Shown here one piece after another: positions 52,641-62,064 of a stretch of DNA of 64,000 nt. The translations under genes and the position numbers were made by a program. Positions within the stretch are counted from its first letter, which is position 1; the number at the start of each line of letters is the position of its first letter. The notes under the pieces were generated by a model, which saw nothing but the letters and a program-made list of their open reading frames with translations, did no database searches and had not been told where the DNA came from. The DNA lies in the NCBI GenBank assembly GCA_963716745.1, contig OY970320.1:3040001-3104000 (forward strand), given 5' to 3'. This DNA is from an uncultured Gemmatimonadaceae bacterium (lineage in GTDB: Bacteria > Gemmatimonadota > Gemmatimonadetes > Gemmatimonadales > Gemmatimonadaceae).

Positions 52641-52763
52641 GACTGCCGATGGTCGGGAGCCGATCGTCGATGAAGCATGAAATCTGATTCCGTTACTGCT
52701 AGAGAAGGTTATGGAATTTGTTGTCATTCCTAAACGAATATCGGCAATCGAATATCGGCCGTC
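52641..52763. repeat. Degenerate palindromic element D
   Basis: Arms 52641-52669 and 52735-52763 (21/29 inverted, 14-bp period); 52708-52730 matches the element C core at 20/23. Confidence 0.7.
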
Positions 52764-52777
52764 GGGGTTCAAGTGGT

Positions 52778-54945
52778 ATGACCGCCTACGTCAGAGATGA
52801 TTTCAACCGCGCCGACGGCCCCGTCGGCGCGGCACTCACAGGACAAACGTGGTCCGCGAGCGGCGGCGCGGCGATCGCGAACAACACGCTCGCGCTGCCA
52901 CCGAACGCGATGGCGAGCATTGACGTGGGCGCCGCGGCATACACCGTCTGCTTCACGCCCACCCCGGGCTCCAAGAACGTGGAGCAGAATTGCCGCTTCC
53001 GGTTCGCCATGAAGGATGACCGGAACTGGGCGCAGTTCTATAGCCTGAATGGCGTCTGGTGCTACGTCGAGATGATCGATGGCGCGCAGCGCGGATTCGT
53101 GCAGCTGGCGCGGACGAAGAAATGGTCGAGCGGAATGCCGATCCTGGTGACGATGGGCGGAGCATCGTGGTCCGCGCGGCTGATGGATGATGCGTTCGAG
53201 GGCGCCGTGAGCGCCGCGCTGAGAGCGAACACGCGGATCGCGTTCGCGGGCTCGACCGGGGCGGCGGAGACGGTGGACAACGTCATCGTGTGGAGTGCGG
53301 TGCCGAACCCGATGTTCGTTGGGCCAACGGGGAGTCCGGCGGGAGAAGGTTCCCGCGCCGTGCCGATGGATCTCCAGAGCGCGCTCAATTTCGCGCCGCC
53401 CGGCACGACGATCCGCATGCTCGACGGGATGTACACGCCTGCCGACGGGCGCGGCTTCGTCTTCCACGTCTCGGGCACGCCGACAGCGCGCATCCGCCTC
53501 ATGCAGGACTCGCCCGGACTCGGGCGCGCGATCATCGATGGCTACGTGCCCGGCAAGCCGATCGCGCCGAGTCAGGGGACGCTCAATCTGTTCGGCCAGC
53601 GCGGCGGGCATTACGTGGATCTGTACGGGTTCCGCGTCACGAATTCGGATCCGACGCGGAGTTTCGACGGCGTGAAACAGTGCAGCGACGGTGGCGTGCA
53701 GATCGTGGATGCCATCGCGACGAATCTCTATCACATCATCTCCGACAATCACGGCGTCAACAACTTCTCCCTGTTCGGTTCGAACGAGGGCGGCGTGATG
53801 TACTACGGGCTCCTGTCATTCAACAACGGGAATCCGCTCGGCTTTCCCGGCTTCAGCGGATACGGCATTTACGAGCAGTCCGATCCGCACGGACAGGACC
53901 GCAAGACCGTGCAGGCGTGCATCCTCTGGAACACGTACGGACAGGACGTGGCGCCGGGGAACGCGTACCTCATCCACTCATACGCGCATCACGGGAACCT
54001 CGAGAACCAGGATTTCCTCGACAACATCCTCCTGGCGTCGCCCGCGCGAGGCGGCGCGATCGCGGACTACACCGCGTGGGCACAGCCCATTCTCTGGGGC
54101 TCGTTCCGGAACCCGATCGTCGCGGGAACGTTCCAGCGGAACGTGACGATGAAGCCATTCTCCGTGCGCGTGCTGCACGGGCAATCGTCGATCGGCTACA
54201 GCGCGCACGACAACCATGACGTGCAGGTGCTGGACAATCATTTCATGGGCGGCTGCGCCGTGAACGCGTTCCGCTCGGCGGCGATGCGCGGGAACACGTT
54301 CGTCGCGACGGGCACCGTGAACGGCGGAAAGGGCGGCAAGCATCCCGACGGCGCCGGATGCTGGGAAGTGGTGCGGAACACCGGCGTGCCGAGCGATCTC
54401 ACCGATTGGACGTGGGGCGCGAACACGTACTACGACGACGTCGAGCGGCCGGACGGCGCGTTGCCGAAGTATGACACGCTGTTCTCGGTGGATGGCGAGA
54501 GCAGCATGGCGTTCGACCAGGTGGTGAACGACCACGGACCGTGGCGGAATCGCGTGGGCGACATGAAGTCCACGCTCAAGATGGGATTGCCGGCGGAGAA
54601 CGTGATCAAGGTGAATACATCGCCGTTCACCGATACCGGTATCCTCGCGACCGTGGGTGTAGTGAATTACACCAAGGCGGCGACGATCGATCTCGGGAAT
54701 TGCGGGATCGCGAATGGGACGAAGTACGAGGTGTACCACATCGCGGATCTGCTGTGGAGCGCGGAGGGGAAGTTCATTGGGGTGCCGACGGCTTCGGGCA
54801 CAATGAGGCCGGCGGAACGATCAAAGTGCTGGGAATGCCGAGCAAGACATTCCAGACGCCGGTGGGGACGGGAAGGTTCGCGCCGGCGAATGCGCAGGCC
54901 ACGATGCCAGGAGAGATCGCGGCGTATGTCATCGTTCGGGCGTGA
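52778..54945 (+). CDS. Large hypothetical protein, N-terminal beta-sandwich-like region plus right-handed beta-helix (probable frameshift near 54805)
   Basis: DDFNRADG start; FVGPTGSPAGEGS...LQSAL...PGTTIRMLDGMY typical of beta-helix N-caps; N/G-rich repeats; better C-terminus in the frame ending 54945. Confidence 0.65.
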
Positions 54946-54948
54946 GTG

Positions 54949-55581
54949 GGCTTTAGTACCGCTGAAACAGCGCGTTTGGCAACTGAGCGTATGGTACGGC
55001 TCGGCGTGAGTAGGAACTACGCCTTGGCGACGAGCTCTTCGCGGGCGCGGCGCACCAGTACGGTGAGGATCCGGGCGAGAGTGGTGTGTAGGGACATGCG
55101 CGAGTCGGTGTCGGCAGGGCCGAGGGCGTCGCGGGCTTTGTAGTACCAGTCGCGCGACTCGCGAGCGGAGCCGAGGGCGTACTCGTAGAATCGGCCGCGA
55201 TCCTTGCGGCCCAGGCGACTGTAGCCCTCCGCGATGTTCACGCTAATCGATGCGGTTGCCCGTGCCATTTGATCCGCGACGTGATCGTAGCCGCCGCGCT
55301 GCAAAAGGACCGCCGCATCCGTGCGCCCCAAATCGCCCGCGTAGAGCGCGGAGCGATATACCCGCAGCCCCCAAAGCGCATCCGCGCGAATATGCTCCGG
55401 CACCGCGGCTTCCCACTCGTCGTAAGTCACGAAGCACCTCAGTCAATCAGACCCCCGAGGATGTGCTGCGGCGGAATAGGGAGTGCCATCGAGCGATTGC
55501 GCGCCGAATCGTTCGCCCACTCACGCCCTGCCGTACCATACGCTCAGTTGCCAAACGCGCCGTTTCAGCGGTACTAAGGCC
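54949..55581. mobile_element. Candidate element: four-helix-bundle gene enclosed by a 66-bp inverted repeat
   Basis: 54949-55014 versus 55516-55581: 61/66 inverted identity; mobility is inferred, not shown. Confidence 0.55.
55017..55430 (-). CDS. Four helix bundle protein (23S rRNA intervening-sequence protein / Avd-like family)
   Basis: LRVY, DQMARATASISVNIAEGYSR, RFYEYALGSARE; GAGGTG SD before GTG. Confidence 0.9.
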   Translation of the reverse strand: MTYDEWEAAVPEHIRADALWGLRVYRSALYAGDLGRTDAAVLLQRGGYDHVADQMARATASISVNIAEGYSRLGRKDRGRFYEYALGSARESRDWYYKARDALGPADTDSRMSLHTTLARILTVLVRRAREELVAKA

Positions 55582-55610
55582 TTCACGCGCCAACAGCAGT
55601 TAGATTAAGA

Positions 55611-56450
55611 ATGCCCTCCGGCACGTTGTACGTGGTGAGTACTCCCATCGGCAACCTCGGCGATCTTTCGCCCCGCGCCGCCGAGACGCTCAAGTCCGTG
55701 TCGCTCGTGCTCGCCGAGGACACGCGGCATGCGCGTGTCCTTCTCGATCATGCCGGCGTGAAGACTCCCGTCGCGAGTCACCACGAGCACAACGAAGCCG
55801 CCTCCACGCCTGGTATCGTCGCGAAATTGTGTGCAGGCGAGAGCATCGCGCTCGTCTCCGATGCAGGCACGCCGCTGCTCTCCGATCCGGGCGCGCGCCT
55901 CGTGCGCGCCGCGATCGAGGCCAACGTGCCGGTGATCGCGGTGCCCGGCCCGTCGGCGCTGCTGGCCGCACTCGTGACATCCGGGCTCGACGCTTCGCGC
56001 TTCACGTTCTACGGATTCCTCGAACGCAAAGGCGCCGATCGAACCGCCGCGCTGGAGGAGATCATGCTCTTGCCGCACACGGCCGTGATCTACGAATCGC
56101 CCGCGCGCGTCGCCGCCACGCTCGCCGATCTCGCGGCGCGTGGCGGCGGTGAGCGCGCGGCCGCGGTCGCGCGCGAGCTCACGAAGAAATTCGAGGAGAC
56201 GCGGCGCGGAACGGTCGGTGAACTCGCGCGGTACTACGAGGAGACACCGCCGCGCGGCGAAGTCGTGCTCGTCATCGCCGGAGCAACGCCGCCGGCCGCC
56301 GCGGATGTCGAAGTGGCGGCGCGCGCGCGCGCCGATGCACTGCGCGGCGAAGGGCTGCCCTCGCGCGACATCGCGAAGCAGCTCGCCGCCGAGCTCGGGA
56401 TCGCGCGCAATCTGGCGTACCGGTTGGCGCACGAAGGGGAGGCAGAATGA
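55611..56450 (+). CDS. rsmI: 16S rRNA (cytidine-2'-O)-methyltransferase
   Basis: LYVVSTPIGNL, AEDTR, SDAGTPLLSDPG, YESP, RELTKKFEE, GEVVL. Confidence 0.95.
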   Translation: MPSGTLYVVSTPIGNLGDLSPRAAETLKSVSLVLAEDTRHARVLLDHAGVKTPVASHHEHNEAASTPGIVAKLCAGESIALVSDAGTPLLSDPGARLVRAAIEANVPVIAVPGPSALLAALVTSGLDASRFTFYGFLERKGADRTAALEEIMLLPHTAVIYESPARVAATLADLAARGGGERAAAVARELTKKFEETRRGTVGELARYYEETPPRGEVVLVIAGATPPAAADVEVAARARADALRGEGLPSRDIAKQLAAELGIARNLAYRLAHEGEAE

Positions 56451-57124
56451 TCCGTTGGCTGCGCGTGATCCCGCTCGCTGTCCTGCTCGCGCTGCATTCT
56501 GCGCCGGCCGCGGACGGCACGCGTCTCACGATCGCGCGCCTGCAATACGATGGCGGGGGCGATTGGTACGCGAATCCTTCGAGTCTGCCGAATCTCCTCG
56601 CGGCCATCGCTGAGCGCACGACGATCCCGGTGGAGCGCACCGAGGCGCGCGTCACGCTCATGGACGATCGCCTCTGGGATTTTCCCTTCCTGCACGTGAC
56701 CGGTCACGGGAACATCCATTTCAGCGACGCCGAGGTGATTCGGCTTCGCGAGTATCTCGAGCGCGGCGGCTTCCTGCATGTGGATGACAACTACGGCCTC
56801 GACCCGAGCTTCCGGCGCGAGATCGCGCGCGTCTTCCCCGACCGGCCGCTCGTCGACGTGCCGGAGTCGCATCCGATCTATCACATCGTCTACGATTTCC
56901 CCAAGGGGATTCCCAAGATCCACGAGCACGACGGGCTTCCCGCGCGCGGCTTCGGCATCTTCCTCGGTGATCGCCTCGCGGTCTACTACAGCTTCTCGAG
57001 CGATCTCGGCAACGGTTGGGAAGACGTGAAGACGTACAACGATCCGCCCGAACTGCACGAGGCGGCGTTGCGCATGGGTGTGAACCTCTTCGCCTACGCG
57101 GTGACGAGCCGCACGGTGCAATGA
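56447..57124 (+). CDS. DUF4159 domain protein
   Basis: YDGGGDWYANPSSLPNL, TGHGN, GGFLHVDDNYG, DLGNGWED. Confidence 0.85.
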   Translation: MIRWLRVIPLAVLLALHSAPAADGTRLTIARLQYDGGGDWYANPSSLPNLLAAIAERTTIPVERTEARVTLMDDRLWDFPFLHVTGHGNIHFSDAEVIRLREYLERGGFLHVDDNYGLDPSFRREIARVFPDRPLVDVPESHPIYHIVYDFPKGIPKIHEHDGLPARGFGIFLGDRLAVYYSFSSDLGNGWEDVKTYNDPPELHEAALRMGVNLFAYAVTSRTVQ

Positions 57125-60100
57125 CGCTCGCGCGCATCGTCCAGCGCGAGCGCAGGCGGCTCGCGGAGACCCTCGGCAGCGCCGGCGTGCTCGCCGGGCT
57201 GGGCGCGGCGCTCGCGACGGTCGCGCTCGCGGCGGTGGCGTTGGGCGCGGGCCGCTGGATCACGCGCCCCGCCGCGCCCTTCATCGCATGGGCCGCAGTC
57301 GTCGCGATCCTCGCCGCGATCGCCGTGCTCACGCGCCGCGCGATGGAGCGCCGCGCGTCCGCGACGGAAACGGCGCGCGCGATCGAGCGCGAGCGCGGAT
57401 TGCGCGTGGGGGCGCTGCGCGCGGCGTCGGAGAGCGCGAACGACGGCGCGTTCGGCGCGCACGCGTCCGGACTCATGGCCGCGCGCCTGGACTCAATGGG
57501 CAATGTGCTCGCGCCCGCCGCACTCGGCGCGGCGCGGCGGCGCCTTGGTGCGGCAACGGCGATCGTGGCGGCCGCGTTCCTGGTCGCGGCGGCGGCGGCG
57601 CGCACCGCGCCGGATGGGTGGCGTGCGATGGAGCATCCCGCGCGCGCGTACGCCGGCACGCTACTGCCGCCGATCGCCATCGACGTTACGCGCCCCGCCG
57701 TGATGCGCGGAGATACGCTGCGGGTCGGCATCGCCGCACCTGGCCGGCGCGCGATCACGCTCTCCTCGCGTGCGACCGGCGCCGCGTGGCGAAGCGCTGC
57801 GCTCGCGGTGACCGACGGACGCGCCAGCGCGCTGCTCGGCCCGCTCGATGCCGACCTCACGCTCGTCGCGAGCGACGGCCGCGCGATCAGCGATACGGTG
57901 GTGATCCACGTGCGCGACCGCGCGTTCGTGGGCGATGTGGGCGTGCTCGCCGAGTATCCGGCGTATCTCCACCGCGCGAACGAGGCGCTCCCTGCGGGCG
58001 AGCCGATCCGCGTGCCACGCGGCACCGTGTTGCGCCTCGAGGCGCGCGCATCCACCGAACTTACGCGAGCGGGCCTCGCCCTCGATGGGACCCGCGACAC
58101 GCTGCGCCTCACGGCGCGCGGCAAACGCGCCACCGGCCGCCTCGACGCGGGTGCGGGCGGCACGTGGCGCTGGTTCGCCGTGGCGGTGGATGGTCCCGTG
58201 AACGACGTGCCGCCGCCACTCGAGGTCCAATCGGTGCCCGACGCGCCGCCGCACGCCGAGATCCTCGCGCCGGCGGCGGACACGCTCATCGCGTCGAGCG
58301 GCACCATCACGCTGCGCCTCGCGGCGAGCGATGATCACGGCGTGGCGCGCGTGGTGCTGCGTTTGCGCAGCGAGACCGACGGCCGCATGGGCGCGGAGTC
58401 GGAGCAACTGCTCGCGCAGCCCGGCGCACCGGCATGGGCGCAAGAGGTCCCGCTCGATCTGGCCTCGCGCTCGCTCGCGCCCGGCGATGCGGTGCACGTC
58501 GTGCTCGGCGTGATGGATGATTCGCCGTGGAAGCAGACGGCCGAGAGCCGCGAACTCGTGGTGCGCGTGCCGACACTCGCGGAGGCCCGCGCGATCGCAC
58601 GCGCGATGGGCGACAGTGCCGCGGCGCGCACCGCCAGTGCGGCGGAGGCGCAGAGAGACCTGACGCGCCGCACGCAGGAAGCATCGCGCACGCGCGCCGA
58701 CCGCAACACGGACATCAACGGCGTGCGCTCGGGCGAACGTCCCGATCCGCGCGGCATGAGCTACGAGACGGCGCAGCGCGCCGAGGCGCTCGCGAAGGAG
58801 CAGGAGCAGCTCACGCAGCGCGTGCAGAACGCGCAGCAGGACGCCAAGGCGCTCGAGCGCGCGCTCAAGGATGCGGGCGCGCTCGACTCCGCGCTCGCGC
58901 GCCAGCTGCAGGATGCGCAGAAGCTGCTCGCGGACGCGCTGACGCCGGAGATGGCGCGGCAGCTCGCGGCGGTGATGTCCTCATCGAAGAAACTCTCGCC
59001 CGAAGAGACGCGCCGTTCGCTCGAACAGCTTGCGCAGCAGCAAGAACGTCTGCGCGCCGAGCTGGAGCGCTCCGCCGAGATGCTCAAGCGCGCGGCGCTC
59101 GAAGGCGCAATGCAAACGCTGCGCGACGACGCGCGTGAACTCGCCGCGAGATCGCGCGTCGTGGCCGACTCGCTCGCGCGGCACGACACCGCGGCGCGCG
59201 CCGAGGCGAAGTCGCTCGGCGACCAGTCCAAGGCGCTCGCGGCGCAGGTGCAGCGACTCGCCGACCGCCTCGCGAAGGCGCAGGCCGATGCCGCCGCGGG
59301 AAAGATGCCTTCGGCCGCGCAGCACGCGCAGAGCTCGTCGGACCGCATGACGAGCGCTTCGGCACAACCGCAGGACGACCGCGCGGCGAGCGAAGGACGC
59401 GAGGGCGCATCGGAAATGGAGCGCACCGCCCAGGATCTCTCCGACGCGCGCCAGCAGCAGATCAGTGCATGGAAGAACGGGCTCACCTCCGAGCTCGACC
59501 GCGCCGCCGCCGAAGCGATGGAGCTGTCGAAGGCGGAGTCGGATCTCTCAGAGCGCGCCGCCGCGGGCAGCGACAGCTCGCTGCGCGGCGAGCAAAGTGC
59601 CGTGCAGCAAGGCGTGGACAAGTTGAACGCGCGGCTGGGCCGCGCGGCGGGACAGAGTGCGCACGTATCGCCGGAATCGCAGCGCGCGATGGCGGAAGCG
59701 AAGTCGAGCGTGTCGGAGGCGACGCGCGAGCTCGCCGAGTCGCGGCGCGGCGGGCGCGAGGCGGCGCCCGAGCTCGCGCAGGCGTCGCAGGCGCTCGCGC
59801 AAGCCGCGGCGAAGATGATGGGCGATCGCGCGCAGGCGGCGAGCGGCAAGAGCGCGTCGGGATTCGCCGAGATGCTGGACAAGCTCGCGCAGATCGCAAA
59901 GCAACAGGGCGGACTGAATGCGCAGGCGGCTGGACTGCTGCCGTCTCCGGGCGCGCCGATGGGCGACGCGGCGGCGAGCCAGGCGCGCGCGCTGGCGAAC
60001 CAGCAGCGCGCGCTCGCGAAAGCGCTCGAGGAATCGAACGCCGGCGGCGACGCGCGGGCCGCTCAGATGGCGCGCGAGATGCGCGACATCGCCGACCAAC

Positions 60101-60393
60101 TCGATCGCGGCCGCGTGGATCCGGAATTGCTCCGCCGGCAGGAGAAGCTCTTCCATCGCCTGCTCGATTCGGGGCTCGCCATGGAGAAGGACGAGCGCGA
60201 GGACACGGGCAAGCGCGAATCGCGCTCGGCGAGCGGCGAGGGCATGTTCACGCCGTCGAACAGCAACGTCGCCGGGCGAGCGGCCTCGCGCTACGGCGCG
60301 CCGTCATGGAACGAGCTTCGGACGCTCACGGCGGATGAACGCCAGGCGGTACTCGACTATTTCAACCGCCTCGAGCATGCAGCCACTCCGTAG
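57121..60393 (+). CDS. Large membrane-anchored protein with Ig-like region and long coiled coil (DUF4175-like)
   Basis: N-terminal TMs, YPAYL, ASDDHGV, Q/A/E-rich coiled coil, C-terminal DYFNRL. Confidence 0.7.
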   Translation: MTLARIVQRERRRLAETLGSAGVLAGLGAALATVALAAVALGAGRWITRPAAPFIAWAAVVAILAAIAVLTRRAMERRASATETARAIERERGLRVGALRAASESANDGAFGAHASGLMAARLDSMGNVLAPAALGAARRRLGAATAIVAAAFLVAAAAARTAPDGWRAMEHPARAYAGTLLPPIAIDVTRPAVMRGDTLRVGIAAPGRRAITLSSRATGAAWRSAALAVTDGRASALLGPLDADLTLVASDGRAISDTVVIHVRDRAFVGDVGVLAEYPAYLHRANEALPAGEPIRVPRGTVLRLEARASTELTRAGLALDGTRDTLRLTARGKRATGRLDAGAGGTWRWFAVAVDGPVNDVPPPLEVQSVPDAPPHAEILAPAADTLIASSGTITLRLAASDDHGVARVVLRLRSETDGRMGAESEQLLAQPGAPAWAQEVPLDLASRSLAPGDAVHVVLGVMDDSPWKQTAESRELVVRVPTLAEARAIARAMGDSAAARTASAAEAQRDLTRRTQEASRTRADRNTDINGVRSGERPDPRGMSYETAQRAEALAKEQEQLTQRVQNAQQDAKALERALKDAGALDSALARQLQDAQKLLADALTPEMARQLAAVMSSSKKLSPEETRRSLEQLAQQQERLRAELERSAEMLKRAALEGAMQTLRDDARELAARSRVVADSLARHDTAARAEAKSLGDQSKALAAQVQRLADRLAKAQADAAAGKMPSAAQHAQSSSDRMTSASAQPQDDRAASEGREGASEMERTAQDLSDARQQQISAWKNGLTSELDRAAAEAMELSKAESDLSERAAAGSDSSLRGEQSAVQQGVDKLNARLGRAAGQSAHVSPESQRAMAEAKSSVSEATRELAESRRGGREAAPELAQASQALAQAAAKMMGDRAQAASGKSASGFAEMLDKLAQIAKQQGGLNAQAAGLLPSPGAPMGDAAASQARALANQQRALAKALEESNAGGDARAAQMAREMRDIADQLDRGRVDPELLRRQEKLFHRLLDSGLAMEKDEREDTGKRESRSASGEGMFTPSNSNVAGRAASRYGAPSWNELRTLTADERQAVLDYFNRLEHAATP

Positions 60394-62064
60394 CGCCGCA
60401 GTGGTGCTCGCGGTCGCGCTCTCGACGGTGGGGCTGCGCGCACAGAGCGCGGAGGCGCGCGCCCAAGGGTTCGAGGAACACGAACAGTGGAGCGAGGCCG
60501 CCGCGGCATATCGCGAAGCGCTCGCCGCGTCGCCCACATCGCTCGGGCGCGCTGCTGGGGCTCGAGCGGGTGTACGATCAGCTCGGCATGCGCGATTCCA
60601 TCCTGCCGGTGATCGCGCACGCTGTGGAGCAGTCACCGCGCGATCCGTCGCTGCGCGGGATCCAGTTGCGCGAGGTGCGCGCCACGCAGGGCCGCGCGGC
60701 TGCGCGCGACGTGTACGAGCAATGGCGCCTCGCCGCGCCCGGCGATCTCGCGCCCTTCCGTGCCTACGCGCGCATCCTCCTCGCCGACAACGATCCGCGC
60801 GCCGCCGACAGCGTGCTCAAGGACGCCGAGCGCGTGTCAGGCGGCGCGCGCGAACTCGCGTACGAGACGGCGATGCTCCGCGCATCGCTCGGTCTCTGGG
60901 AGAGCGCCGCCCAGGCATGGCACGATGCCGTGGGGGACCGCCCGTATTTCGCGCAGGCGGCGGCATTCTCCCTGCTTCCGACGCCCGCGGCGCAGCGCGC
61001 CGCGGTGATCGCCGCGCTTGCGGCGAAGCCGGTGACGGTGGGCTCGCGGTCGGTCATCGCGCAGATGCAGCTGGCGTGGGGCGAACCGCGGCTGGGGTGG
61101 GATGCGCTGCGCGATCTGCGCGCCGACAGCGATGCGGTGACCGCGTGGCGCGACTATGCCGACCGTGCGGAGGCCGCCGGCGCATGGCTGGTCGCGCGCG
61201 ATGCGCTCATTGCAGCGGCGCTGGCGCGGCATGACGGCGAGCTCATGGCGCGCGGCGCGCGCGCCGCATTGCGCGCCGGCGATGCGCGGGGCGCCGATAC
61301 ACTCGCGGCGCTCGCCGCCTCCGAGATGGACTCGGCGTTCGCCGCGGGCGTCGCGGTGCCCGTGCGCGTCGACGCGCTCAGTGTGCTCGGGCGCGGCGCG
61401 GAGGCGGAGCAAGTCGCGGCCGCGTACGCCAAATGGGTCACGCCCGATGAACGCGCGGCGATGGCGCGTCGCGTCGCGTGGGCGTGGCTGCGCGCGGGTG
61501 ACATTCCGCGGGCGCGTGCCGCGCTGAAGGCCGCCGGCCCCGATGCCGGCGATGCGTCCGGATGGCTCGCGCTGTACGACGGCGACCTCGCCGCGGCGCG
61601 CACGCTCATCCCGCCCGACCGCGCGCACCAGCCCGACGAACTCACGGCCGCGGCATTGCTCGGACGCACCACGCGCGAGCGCGCGCCCGTCACCGGCGCC
61701 GCGTTCCTCGCCCTCGCGCGCGGCGACAGCGCGAAGGCGGCGCGCGGCTTCGAGTCGGCCGCCGCCGAAGTCCCCGAAGCCGCGTCGCTGCTGCTCGATC
61801 TCTCGGCGCGTATCCGTGCTGCACAGGGCGATGACGCGGCGGCCATCGCGCTCTGGAGCCGCGTCGTGGCCGAGAGTCCGCAGTCGCCCGAGGCGCCGTC
61901 CAGCGATCTCGCGTGGGCGCGCGCGCTGCGCCGCGCGCATCGGGATAACGAGGCGATCGCGCGACTCGAGCATCTCGATCCTCACCTATCCGGAGAGCGC
62001 GCTCGTTCCGCAAGCGCGCCGCGAGCTGGACGCCGCGCATCAAGCGCTGCCGAGCACCTCGTGA
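60377..62064 (+). CDS. Secreted TPR protein (frameshifts near 60545 and 61975)
   Basis: Signal peptide MQPLRSAAVVLAVAL; TPR-like helices; C-terminus ILTYPESALVPQARREL in another frame. Confidence 0.7.

Noticed and set aside
55017..55430. Diversity-generating retroelement (Avd-like gene)
   Set aside because: No reverse transcriptase in the window and no template/variable repeat pair differing only at adenines
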